Shown here: positions 35,675-44,308 of the stretch, piece by piece
Numbering within the stretch: position 1 is the first letter of the stretch
Layout: each line of letters opens with the position of its first letter
NCBI GenBank assembly: GCA_030648205.1
Contig: JAUSIH010000046.1
Span: 1,370 to 65,369, forward strand
Length of the DNA stretch: 64,000 nucleotides
Direction: 5' to 3'
Source of the DNA: Dehalococcoidia bacterium
GTDB taxonomy: Bacteria; Chloroflexota; Dehalococcoidia; JAUSIH01
The notes under the pieces: generated by a model
Databases searched by the model: none
Told to the model about the DNA's origin: nothing
What the model saw: the letters and a program-made list of their open reading frames with translations, nothing else
Translations under genes and position numbers: made by a program

Positions 35675-36112
35675 CTACCGCATCCCGCCGAAGCCCGTGA
35701 CCGTCACGCGCGTCTGGAAGTCGCGCTGGTCGTCCGTCCACAGGGTCTTCAGATAGCCTATGACCTGGCGCACCTCGTTCGGCGAGAGGCCGTCCCGCCA
35801 CGAGGGCATCCCCGCCGCTGTCCCGCGCGTGATGGTGCGGAACAGGTTGTCGTCCGTGTGCTCGTAGGCGTGGCCGGTCGCGTTCAGCGGCGGGCCGATC
35901 AGACCGCGTCCCTCGACGCCGTGGCATATCTGGCAGCGCTCCACGAAAACCAACTGTCCCGCTGAGGGCGCTTCCGGAGCGGAGGGGGCCATCGCCTGGG
36001 CGGGCGCGGCGCAGCCCGACAGCAGGAGCAGGGCGAGGGCCGCGCCCCTTCCACGGAAGGGCCAGGTCGTGGCGCTAGGCCGCCGGGCCGGACTGCACGG
36101 ACGCGGGGACAT
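35675..36112 (-). CDS. c-type cytochrome (class I, single CxxCH) lipoprotein
   Basis: Lipobox LLLSGCAAP and haem-binding CQICHG...GMPSW (distal Met). The start overlaps the upstream rSAM gene by 37 bp, so the true start may be later. Confidence 0.75.
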   Translation of the reverse strand: MSPRPCSPARRPSATTWPFRGRGAALALLLLSGCAAPAQAMAPSAPEAPSAGQLVFVERCQICHGVEGRGLIGPPLNATGHAYEHTDDNLFRTITRGTAAGMPSWRDGLSPNEVRQVIGYLKTLWTDDQRDFQTRVTVTGFGGMR

Positions 36113-37211
36113 AGACGCAGGATGGGTCGGATTCCAGGTAGTCGCCGGTGAGGCCGTAGGCGCGGGCGCGGGAGCCGCCGCAGACGCCGCGGAACTCGCA
36201 GGCGCCGCACCTGCCCTTGAGCAGCACCGGGTTGCGCAGCGCGGTGAAGAGCGCGGAGTGGCGATAGACCTCGGCGACGGGCTGCTCGCGCACGTTGCCC
36301 GCGGAGAGCTGCAGGAACCCGCTGGGATAGATGTCCCCCGTGTGGGAGATGAAGCAGAAGCCCTTGCCGTCGTTGACGCCCTGGTCGCGGGGCGCCCGCC
36401 CCTCGCGGAAGGCGTAGCCCGCGCCGGTCAGCTCCCACTCCACGCCGCCGCTCGGCTGCGCCTGCCGCGTGCGCTGGATGACCACGCGCCGGTAGTGCGG
36501 CGCCGCCGTGGTGCGGACGGCGAAGGAGGCCGTGCGCGAGAGGTCGTAGAGCCAGTTGAAGGTCGCTTCGTGCTCCCGCGCCGTCACCATGTCCGACATC
36601 TGGCCGCGTCCCGTCGGCACCAGGAAGAAGACGCTCCAGACGCGCGCGCCCACGGACGCCACGTGCTCTGCGATGGCCGGCAGGTCGCCGATGTTGTAGC
36701 GGCTGACCGTCGTGCCGACTTGCAGGGGGATGCCCAGCTCCTTGATGCTGTTCAGGACATCCAGGGTGCGCTGAAAAGAGCCGCGCACCCCGCGAAAGGC
36801 GTCGTGCACCTCTGGACGGGAGCCGTCCAGGCTGATGTGCACCATGTCTACGCCCGACTCTCTGGCCCGCGCCAGGTTCTGGGACGTCGCCAGTGCGGTG
36901 GCGCTGGGCGACAGGCCGACGCGCAGGCCCTTGCCGGATGCGTAGCGGATGATATCGAAGACGTCGCGCCGCATCAGGGGGTCGCCGCCGGTGACGATAA
37001 GGATGGGCTTGCCCATCTCCACGATCTGGTCAACGACGCGGAGGGCCTCCTCCGACGACAGCTCGCGCGGGTCGCGCTTGGGCTGGGCCGTGGCGCGGCA
37101 GTGCACGCACGCCAGAGCGCAGGCGCGGGTCACCTCCCACGCCAGTGTGAACGGCGTGACGTTGAAGTCCACGTCGAAGTAGTGGGGGCGTGGCGGAACG
37201 CGGTCAGGCAT
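36075..37211 (-). CDS. radical SAM/SPASM-domain enzyme (AhbC/AhbD/NirJ-like haem-modifying family candidate)
   Basis: CALACVHCRA (CxxxCxxC), GGDPLMRRD and a C-terminal SPASM Cys cluster (CGACEFRGVCGGSRARAY...SCVY). Confidence 0.8.
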   Translation of the reverse strand: MPDRVPPRPHYFDVDFNVTPFTLAWEVTRACALACVHCRATAQPKRDPRELSSEEALRVVDQIVEMGKPILIVTGGDPLMRRDVFDIIRYASGKGLRVGLSPSATALATSQNLARARESGVDMVHISLDGSRPEVHDAFRGVRGSFQRTLDVLNSIKELGIPLQVGTTVSRYNIGDLPAIAEHVASVGARVWSVFFLVPTGRGQMSDMVTAREHEATFNWLYDLSRTASFAVRTTAAPHYRRVVIQRTRQAQPSGGVEWELTGAGYAFREGRAPRDQGVNDGKGFCFISHTGDIYPSGFLQLSAGNVREQPVAEVYRHSALFTALRNPVLLKGRCGACEFRGVCGGSRARAYGLTGDYLESDPSCVYVPASVQSGPAA

Positions 37212-38391
37212 TGGTCGAAGCCCCGGCTGCCTGGACGATACGGTCGGGCGCGATGCCCAACTCGGCGTCCGTCAGGTAGCAGGCGGGGTCCTCCGCCCAC
37301 ATGTCGCCGAAGGTGGACTCGGCGCGCACGCGCAGATTGCCGTTGCAGATGTCGAAGTAGGGGCACGCGCCGCACCGCCCGTGGATGCGCCCCTTGCGGT
37401 GGCGCAGGCCCTGAAGCAACGGGTTGGACGCATCCTCCCAGATCTGGCTGAAGGGCCGCTCTCGGACGTTGCCCAGGGTGAGGTGCCACGAGAACTGGTC
37501 CGGGTGGACGTTGCCCATGTAGTCAATGCAGCCGATGCCTGACCCGGCGCTGTTCCCGCCGTTGCGGCGGAGCAGGGCCAGCACCTCGGCGGCGCGCGTC
37601 GGCTGGTCGCGCAGAAGGCGCAGGTAGAGGTACACGGCGTCCGTGTGGTTGTCCACGGTCAGGAACTCCAGGCCGGGGCGCACGTTGGCCCGCGCGTGCG
37701 CGAAGATGGTGTCCACCGCGTCCCGCGTCTCCTGGTGCGTGAGGTCGTAGTTGACGATGCGCTGCCCGCGCCCGGCGTACGCCAGGTGATAGACACAGCA
37801 GCGGTCCGCCCCTTCGCTCTCGGCGAGGCGCAGGACGGCCTCAAGCTGGTCGTAGTTAAGGCGCGTGAGAGTGAAGCGGACGCCGACGCGGACGCCCGCG
37901 GCGCGCGCGTGGCGCAGCCCCGCCATGGACGCCTGGAACGCGCCCTTGGAGCCGCGGAACTTGTCGTGCGCGCCCTCCAGCCCGTCGAAGCTGATGCCAA
38001 TGTAGCTCAGTCCTGCTCCGGCCAGTTCCCGCGCGGCGTCGGGCGTGAGCAGCGTGCCGTTGGTGGAGAGGACGGGGACCATGCCTTTGCTCGCGGCATG
38101 TCGCACCAGGGACAGCAGGTCAGGGCGCAGGAGCGGCTCGCCGCCGGAGAGGAGGAGCACGGGAGCGCCGTACGCGGCCAGGTCGTTAATGACGCCGAGC
38201 GCCTCGTCCGTGGTCAGTTCGCCGGGGAAAGGACGGTCGGCGGCGCCCGCATAGCAGTGCGCGCAGTGCAGGTTGCAGCGCCGGGTGATGTTCCATACGA
38301 CCACGGGCCGGTGGTGGACACGCTCGCCCGTATAGCGCAGGTGGTCTCCCCGCGCCGGCATGCCGCCGAGGAGACGGGTAACGTTAAGCAT
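37204..38391 (-). CDS. radical SAM/SPASM-domain enzyme, second paralog (AhbC/AhbD/NirJ-like candidate)
   Basis: CNLHCAHCYA, SGGEPLLRPD and a SPASM region (GRCGACPYFDICNGNLRVRA...DPACY). It overlaps the neighbouring rSAM gene by 8 bp. Confidence 0.8.
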   Translation of the reverse strand: MLNVTRLLGGMPARGDHLRYTGERVHHRPVVVWNITRRCNLHCAHCYAGAADRPFPGELTTDEALGVINDLAAYGAPVLLLSGGEPLLRPDLLSLVRHAASKGMVPVLSTNGTLLTPDAARELAGAGLSYIGISFDGLEGAHDKFRGSKGAFQASMAGLRHARAAGVRVGVRFTLTRLNYDQLEAVLRLAESEGADRCCVYHLAYAGRGQRIVNYDLTHQETRDAVDTIFAHARANVRPGLEFLTVDNHTDAVYLYLRLLRDQPTRAAEVLALLRRNGGNSAGSGIGCIDYMGNVHPDQFSWHLTLGNVRERPFSQIWEDASNPLLQGLRHRKGRIHGRCGACPYFDICNGNLRVRAESTFGDMWAEDPACYLTDAELGIAPDRIVQAAGASTNA

Positions 38392-38442
38392 ATTGCCCTC
38401 GTCGACAGGGAGTCGCGGTGGAGTCGGGACGCGCCGAGGGGT

Positions 38443-38682
38443 CTAGAGAGACGCCGTCGGGACCATCCGGCCGGATATTATCTGGAATTCGGAGGTGCGG
38501 CGCGGGTCCAGCAGGACCTTGACCAGCTTCTCCACGTCGTCCCGAACGTAGCGGCGCCGCCCGCCGAGCGTAAGGACGAACGGAAGCCGTCCCTCTCGTG
38601 CCCAGCGTGTGACGGTGTTCGGGGAGACCTCCATCAGCCGGGCTACGTCCGCGCGGGAGAGGAAATGCCGTTTCATCTGCAA
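38443..38682 (-). CDS. helix-turn-helix DNA-binding protein (excisionase/MerR-type HTH_17-like)
   Basis: LSRADVARLMEVSPNTVTRWAREGRLPFVLTLGGRRRYVRDDVEKL. Confidence 0.6.
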   Translation of the reverse strand: MQMKRHFLSRADVARLMEVSPNTVTRWAREGRLPFVLTLGGRRRYVRDDVEKLVKVLLDPRRTSEFQIISGRMVPTASL

Positions 38683-38842
38683 GCCTCCTCAGGTGAATAG
38701 CGCGCGTTTCCGCTGCGCTGTGCAAAGGTACTTACAGAAAGCTTAGAAGGCTGTGAGCGCTCTTGCATGATGCAGGCGCACCATTCGCTGTGGTGTATTT
38801 GCGTCACGCCGGAATTCGGCGGGCGCGCCCAAGGCGCGATGG

Positions 38843-39577
38843 CTAGAGGGGTGGGCTGTCGAGGAGGCGGTTCTGATAGGCGTGAGCGATAGCTTGCGAG
38901 GTGGAGTGGACGCCCATCTTCGCAAGGATGCTTTGGACGTGGTTGCGGACGGTGAAGTGGCTGATCTGGAGCTCTTTGGCGATGTCCTTGGCGCCCAGTC
39001 CGGCCGCCAGGAGCTGCAGGACCTGGTGCTCTCGCGTTGAAAGGGTGGGGTGGGGAGGGGTGGGCGGCGAAGCGTCGGTGGGCTCCTGACTGGGCGTGAG
39101 GGTGATGTGGCCGTCCAGCCGCTTCAGGATGTCGTTCAGGACCTGCTCCGAACGGTGCTGCTCTGTGACGTCGCGGAGGATGTGCACCGTGTACCGTGGC
39201 ACGCCTTTCACGTCAGGGACACCGATGACGCTCACGTTGACCCAGACGTCGTGTCCATCCTTGTGAGCGGTCAGCAGGTCGTAATTCCGCACTTGCTGGC
39301 TCTTGAGGACGGACGCCTTCGCGGAGCAACCGGGGCCGCAGAAGTGGTGGCACGAGTTGTCTCTACCCCCCACAACTTCGTGGCAGTAGCGGCCCACGAC
39401 CTCCTTGGCGGGGTAGCCCAGCAGTTCCTCCGCCGCAGCGTTCCAGAGCACGATAAGCCCGTTTGCGTCCACCGCGAAGGTGGGGTCACCTGCTCCGGCG
39501 AAGGTGTTGAGCACTGACGGATGCGATGAAGGCATCGCTTTCTCCCCTTTGGCGTCAATGCGTTCTTTCGTTCTCAT
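38843..39577 (-). CDS. PAS-sensor LuxR-family transcriptional regulator
   Basis: The start was chosen at MRTKERID with the SD aggagt. It has a PAS core (FAVDANGLIVLWNAAAEELLGYPAKEVVGRYCHEVV) and a C-terminal LuxR HTH (LSTREHQVLQLLAAGLGAKDIAKELQISHFTVRNHVQSILAKMGV). Confidence 0.75.
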   Translation of the reverse strand: MRTKERIDAKGEKAMPSSHPSVLNTFAGAGDPTFAVDANGLIVLWNAAAEELLGYPAKEVVGRYCHEVVGGRDNSCHHFCGPGCSAKASVLKSQQVRNYDLLTAHKDGHDVWVNVSVIGVPDVKGVPRYTVHILRDVTEQHRSEQVLNDILKRLDGHITLTPSQEPTDASPPTPPHPTLSTREHQVLQLLAAGLGAKDIAKELQISHFTVRNHVQSILAKMGVHSTSQAIAHAYQNRLLDSPPL

Positions 39578-39826
39578 GTTACTCCTGTCGCGTGCGTCCT
39601 GCAAGGGGTGAGACGGTGACACCGTCATCAACGGAGGCTGGGTGTGCAAAAGATGGCCTCGGTGACTCCGGTGGAGACGCGCCCTCCTGCGCCGCCGCAG
39701 CGCTCGGCGCATGGCGCAGGACACGAAGGCGGTCGGGGCCGTCCGCGTGCATCAGACGCATCCGGGGCCGTCGAGGAGAAACGCTGGGGGAGCGACCGCT
39801 CGGCTTCGCACTGTATCCGTTCTCTA

Positions 39827-40057
39827 TTACCCGCGGTGCTCGCGGTCGCACCGACCGCACATGAATATCAGGCCGAGGGACAGGGTGTCCACCTGGACGC
39901 GCCCGCAGGTTGGAGTGTTTGTCTCTTTGGACGTGTCCCAGACCATGTGGAAGCCCTTGCCGCAGAAGCGGCATGTGGAGGAGTTCTCGTCCTCCAGAGG
40001 CTCGCCACAGACCGCGCAGTTCTCGCCTATCCTGTCAACTACGTTGCTATCGCTCAT
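39827..40057 (-). CDS. small Cys-rich zinc-ribbon protein (76 aa, 7 Cys)
   Basis: CAVCGEP...CRFCGKGFH...CGR...CGRCDREH: two CxxC...CxxC pairs. Confidence 0.45.
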   Translation of the reverse strand: MSDSNVVDRIGENCAVCGEPLEDENSSTCRFCGKGFHMVWDTSKETNTPTCGRVQVDTLSLGLIFMCGRCDREHRG

Positions 40058-40062
40058 CGGCG

Positions 40063-41349
40063 CTACTCCTCGGACGCCGGCTGCGTCAGCCAGCGGCGCA
40101 CCCGCGCTTCCTCGTCCTCGCGGCTGCGCACCTCTCCGTCCAGCCGCGCGTCCCGTAGGGCTTTGAGCATCTGCCCCATGCGCGGCCCCTGCTTGACGCC
40201 CAGACGCGCCAGGTCGTGCCCGTCCAGCGCGGACTTGACGTAACGCAACTCGGCGAGGTAGCGGCGCAGGCGCTCGCGCGCGGCCTTATTGTCGCACGCG
40301 AAGGCGCAGGTCTGCAGAGCGGCGGGCTGGAAGCGTTCGAGCATGTGGACCACGGCGCTCGCTTGCAGATCAGGCCGCGTCAGGTCGGCGAGCGTCGCCT
40401 TGAGCGGCCCCACGTCCCGCAGCGCCTGGTCCGTGGCGCGGGGAAAGTTCAGGCGCCGCAGGGCGGCGGATGCCTCCTCCGGCGACAGGGTGTACATCAG
40501 CAGGCCCAGGTATATTTCGGGCAGGAGCGCGCCGGGCGGAGCGGCCCGCCGGGCCTGCGCGAACTTCCGCGACAGCCACGGCGCGTCATGCCAGGGCAGG
40601 CCCACGCGTTCAAGCGCGCCTATCTCGGCGAGGCGGGCAAGCCCCCTCTCGGGCGCGTCCTCCCTCAGCAGGAGGTCAAGCTCGTTGCGCACACGGTCGC
40701 CGCTGATGGCGTCCAGATACGCGATGTCGCGGCGCGCCAGGGCCTCCGTTTGCGGCTCCATGCGAAAGCCCAGCCGTTGCTCGTAGCGCACGGAGCGGAA
40801 GATGCGCGTGGCGTCGTCAACAAAGCTCTTGTCGTGGAGCACCCGCACCAGGCCCGCCGCCATGTCCTTTTGCCCGGCGAAGGGGTCCAGCAGGACGCCC
40901 TCGTTCGGAGGCGTGAGGCCCAGCGCGATGGCGTTGATGGTGAAGTCGCGGCGGGCGAGGTCTTGCGCGAGCGTGCCGGGCTGGACGGTGGGCAGCGCGC
41001 CAGGGCGGACGTACTTCTCGGTGCGCGCCGTGGCCAGGTCCAGGGACTGGCCGTGTCCCGTGCCCACGGGGCCGTTATGCATGACCTTGGCCGTGCCGAA
41101 GCGATCGTGCGCCTCCACGCGCCCGCCTGTCTGCTGGGCCACGCGCCGCGCCAGAGATGCGGCGTCGCCTTCCACCACGATGTCCACGTCCACCAGCGGT
41201 CGGCCAAGGAGCAGGTCGCGGACGGCGCCGCCGACCACGTAGAGACGGACGTTCTCCGCCGCGGCGGCGTCGCGGGCGGCGTGCACAAGGGGGCGCAGGT
41301 CGGCGGACAGGGCGCCGTCCAGGCGCGGAAGCAGGTCTCTGACGGCCAT
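40063..41349 (-). CDS. cca: CCA tRNA nucleotidyltransferase / poly(A) polymerase family protein
   Basis: LYVVGGAVRDLLLGRPLVDVDIVV is the Pol-beta-type NTase GG...D.D motif. It is followed by the RDFTINA motif and a C-terminal HD-less head/neck/tail region. Confidence 0.85.
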   Translation of the reverse strand: MAVRDLLPRLDGALSADLRPLVHAARDAAAAENVRLYVVGGAVRDLLLGRPLVDVDIVVEGDAASLARRVAQQTGGRVEAHDRFGTAKVMHNGPVGTGHGQSLDLATARTEKYVRPGALPTVQPGTLAQDLARRDFTINAIALGLTPPNEGVLLDPFAGQKDMAAGLVRVLHDKSFVDDATRIFRSVRYEQRLGFRMEPQTEALARRDIAYLDAISGDRVRNELDLLLREDAPERGLARLAEIGALERVGLPWHDAPWLSRKFAQARRAAPPGALLPEIYLGLLMYTLSPEEASAALRRLNFPRATDQALRDVGPLKATLADLTRPDLQASAVVHMLERFQPAALQTCAFACDNKAARERLRRYLAELRYVKSALDGHDLARLGVKQGPRMGQMLKALRDARLDGEVRSREDEEARVRRWLTQPASEE

Positions 41350-41473
41350 GCAACCTCCGGGCGCAACGTGCGCATTATAGCACAGGCGTAGCTATCCGCA
41401 GCCACTTGAGCCTTATGCACAATTCAGACACGAGGAAGACTGGATGTTGAAAAAAGGGCGCTTTAATTTACAC

Positions 41474-41518
41474 ACACATATCTGCTAGCTAGAGCTTGCA
41501 AAGCTAGCAGATATGTGT
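41474..41518. repeat. perfect 17-bp inverted repeat (acacatatctgctagct / agctagcagatatgtgt) with an 11-bp spacer, in an AT-rich intergenic region
   Basis: The arms at 41474-41490 and 41502-41518 are exact reverse complements, and each arm contains the palindrome GCTAGC. Confidence 0.6.
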
Positions 41519-41651
41519 TATAGTGACAGCGGGAAAGTGGCTATGCCCCTTGCGGGGCATACCTCATATTAACGGCCCCTGGATTCTCAACCAGGGCGTC
41601 GCCTGACCACCGATAGACCAGGGGTGTGTCATTGGACATGCCTCCTTTCCA

Positions 41652-41697
41652 GGCCCTAGAGGACGTCCGCAAAACAGACTCTAGGGCCTCTTTTTTA
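41652..41697 (+). terminator. intrinsic terminator-like hairpin (ggccctagag...ctctagggcc followed by TCTTTTTT), functional in + orientation; it overlaps the stop codon of the minus-strand gene 41695-42243
   Basis: 10-bp GC-rich stem, 16-nt loop and a T6 tract on the + strand. No + strand CDS lies upstream. Confidence 0.4.
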
Positions 41698-42243
41698 TCC
41701 CAAACGGGCCGTCTGCCCCGGTGTTTGGCTAAGATAAGAACGTTGAGCCTCAGCTTTGGAAGTCTTCCTGTGATATTTGTTTCTGGGTAGACCTTCCCAA
41801 AGCTCGTTTCTCGCTCCGGCTCTGAGTGTTCCGACGAGAGAATGCTTAGCGCGAAGCCTGTCTCTGTCATTGTCAATCTCATAAATCCGTTCAACCAGCG
41901 CATTTGCATGCATGACCTCATCGGTCTCGCCCAAGATGGAAGACACGATTTGGGTTAGCGACATGCCTTCCCACTCTGCACGTCTTACCGGCATATCCTT
42001 CGACCTATTTCCAGGTTTTCCAACGCCCCCCTTGGGCGTCAGTTCGTGCAACTGGATCGGCGACAGATTATGAGCTACCAACAGACTATTCAATTGCTGA
42101 ACATACGCCTTGCACTTTTCAAGACGAAGCGTCACCCTTTTAGCTTCGTGAACAAGCTGCGAGTACTCGCGTTGCTTTTCTGCCGCCTGCTGCAGCAAAG
42201 CTTCTTCAAAGGTCGTTTGTCTCTCGCTGCTGTTCTGATTCAT
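41695..42243 (-). CDS. hypothetical protein (182 aa; N-terminal coiled coil) in a low-GC segment
   Basis: An uninterrupted ORF with AT-rich codon usage that contrasts with its flanks. No recognisable catalytic motifs. Confidence 0.45.
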   Translation of the reverse strand: MNQNSSERQTTFEEALLQQAAEKQREYSQLVHEAKRVTLRLEKCKAYVQQLNSLLVAHNLSPIQLHELTPKGGVGKPGNRSKDMPVRRAEWEGMSLTQIVSSILGETDEVMHANALVERIYEIDNDRDRLRAKHSLVGTLRAGARNELWEGLPRNKYHRKTSKAEAQRSYLSQTPGQTARLG

Positions 42244-42379
42244 GACGTTCTCCTATGAGCGGTACACTTGAGAGTATAACAGGTCGATGAAATTAACGCA
42301 AGAGGAAATGTGCGACAGCCATCGCCAGCGAAAAAAAACAGGTATTTCTGAACATGCATATTTGGCATAGTGTTGGTAG

Positions 42380-42600
42380 TGGTAGACGCGGTGGACGGCA
42401 CTAGACGGCACTAGGCAATACTAGACGATGCGAGACAGTGGTAGACAGTGATACACAGTGATGCATGGTGATATACGGTGATACATGGTGATACACGGTG
42501 ATGCATGGTGATGCACGGTAAGGCACCGAGACGCACAGCGGTAGACAGTGCAATAGTCGCGAATCTGGTGAACGGGGTCACGACAGCGGCAATGGCGGGG
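42380..42600. repeat. array of ~20 degenerate 10-bp tandem units (RGTGATRYAY / ctagacggca-like), i.e. helical-period repeats
   Basis: ...agtgatacac agtgatgcat ggtgatatac ggtgatacat ggtgatacac ggtgatgcat ggtgatgcac ggtaaggcac... Confidence 0.6.
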
Positions 42601-42816
42601 AAATCTGCTATGCAGCTTTCTGGGCCAGGCTGGTGAGTGTGTTGCCACTGTTTGCGCATGATGGTGATGGCGGACTAGGGACAGCGAATGTAGGTCTTCC
42701 AATTGCCACGTATGCGGCATGGAGTTCAATTTCCGGTGGCCCCTTCGGGCGAGAAAGTACACTACCCCCTTGCCACGTCTTCTCGCGTCTGCCACAATGC
42801 CTGCAGGAGGATACCT

Positions 42817-43443
42817 ATGTCTGAGACTATCGCGTTCGACGTGTACTGCGACTACACCTGACCCTACGTGCACACGGCGGCCGTCTGGCTCGCCGATGTC
42901 CGGAAGGCGCTGGGCGACCGTTTGGTGGTCACCTGGCGCTACTTCTCGCTGGAGCAGGTGAACAGCCAGGAGGGGCCTGAGTGGAAGCTGTGGGATCAGC
43001 CGGACTCGTACCATAGCAAGGGTCGCCTGGCGTTCCACGCCGCGGAGTCGGCCCGCCGTCAGGGGCCGGACGCCTTTGAGCGTCTGCACATGGGGCTTCT
43101 GAAGGCGAGGCACGAGGATGGCAAGAGCCTGGCGGAGCGCGCGGTGGTGCTGGACGTGGCGCAGCGCGCGGGGCTGGACACGGCCCGCCTGGAGAGAGAC
43201 CTGGGCGACCGCTTGCTGCTGCGACGCCTGGGGGAGGACCACACGCACGCGGTGGAGAAGTACGGCGTCTTTGGTACGCCCACGCTGGTCTTCGCCAACG
43301 GCGGCGCCGCGTACCTGAAACTGCGGCCCGCGCCGCCGGCCCAGGACGCGTTGCGCGTGTTTGAGAACCTTCACCAGTTCATCGCCGGATGGCCCTTCAT
43401 CGTCGAGGTGAAGCGGCCCACGCCGGGCGCACGGCCTCGGTAA
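42817..43443 (+). CDS. DsbA / kappa-GST / HCCA-isomerase-like thioredoxin-fold protein with an in-frame TGA (42859-42861) at the active-site nucleophile position: putative selenoprotein
   Basis: ATG at 42817 with a strong SD aggagg 6 nt upstream. The product reads MSETIAFDVYCDYT-U-PYVHTAAVWLADV..., continuous with ORF 42868-43443. U-P-Y aligns with the C-P-W-C / S-P-Y-S catalytic motif of the family. A hairpin acgg-cgg-ccgt begins 13 nt after the TGA. Confidence 0.6.
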
Positions 43444-43448
43444 GCGGA

Positions 43449-44147
43449 ATGGCAGCATCGCACGACCTGGAGAAACTGGAGCGCGCGTTAGGGGTGGCCT
43501 TCCACGACCGCAGGTTCCTGGACGAGGCGCTTGTGCACCGCTCCTATGTCCACGAGCGGACGGCGCCGCTCTCCTCCAATGAACGTCTTGAGTTTCTGGG
43601 CGACGCTTTTCTGGGCTTCGTGGTCGCGGACGAGTTGATGCGCGCCTTTCCCGGCGTCTCGGAAGGCGACCTGACCCAGCTACGCACGGCGCTGGTGCGC
43701 GGAGAGACGCTGGCGGAGCTGGCCGCGTCGCTCAATCTGGGTGACTTCCTGTACTTGGGACGTGGCGAGGCGCAGGCCGGAGGACGTAAACGGACAACGA
43801 ATCTGGCACGGGTGATGGAGGCGGTGATGGGCGCCGTTCTGGTGGACCAGGGCTACGAGGCGGCGCGAAGCTGGCTCCTCAGGCTTCTGGCGCCCGCCAT
43901 GCAGCGGCTGGCGCGGGAAGGCCCTCCGCGGGACGAGAAGTCCGTCCTCCAGGAGATGGTGCAGGCGCGGGGCATGCCATCGCCGGAGTACCGGGTGGTG
44001 GAGGCCAGCGGGCCTGCCCACAAGCGGACGTTCGATGTGGAGGTGGAGGCGGGCGATGTGCGGGGCAGAGGCGCGGGGCGCAGCAAGCGTGCCGCGGAGC
44101 AGGCGGCCGCCCGGTCGGCGCTGGCGGCGCTGCGGGGGCGTGTCTAG
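43449..44147 (+). CDS. rnc: ribonuclease III
   Basis: ERLEFLGDAFLGFVVADEL (RNase III signature), the catalytic region MEAVMGAVLVDQG and a C-terminal dsRBD (PEYRVVEASGPAHKRTFDVEVEAG...RSKRAAEQAAARSAL). Confidence 0.9.
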   Translation: MAASHDLEKLERALGVAFHDRRFLDEALVHRSYVHERTAPLSSNERLEFLGDAFLGFVVADELMRAFPGVSEGDLTQLRTALVRGETLAELAASLNLGDFLYLGRGEAQAGGRKRTTNLARVMEAVMGAVLVDQGYEAARSWLLRLLAPAMQRLAREGPPRDEKSVLQEMVQARGMPSPEYRVVEASGPAHKRTFDVEVEAGDVRGRGAGRSKRAAEQAAARSALAALRGRV

Positions 44148-44308
44148 GTTGCTCGGCGCTCTCCATGCGTTCCGTGGCGAGGACATTCGCGGGGGACGGA
44201 GAGAGCGCCTCCGAGGCTGGTTTCGAGGCGGGGGGCGCGGGTCAATCGGATCCCCTGCCGCTGGATGTCGCTCCCGCTACGTCGCGTCGGTATAGCTCGT
44301 GCGCAAAG

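Noticed and set aside
42380-42600. Possible CRISPR array
   Set aside because: The units are 10 bp with no unique spacers. This is far below CRISPR repeat and spacer sizes. It is treated as an iteron-like tandem array instead.
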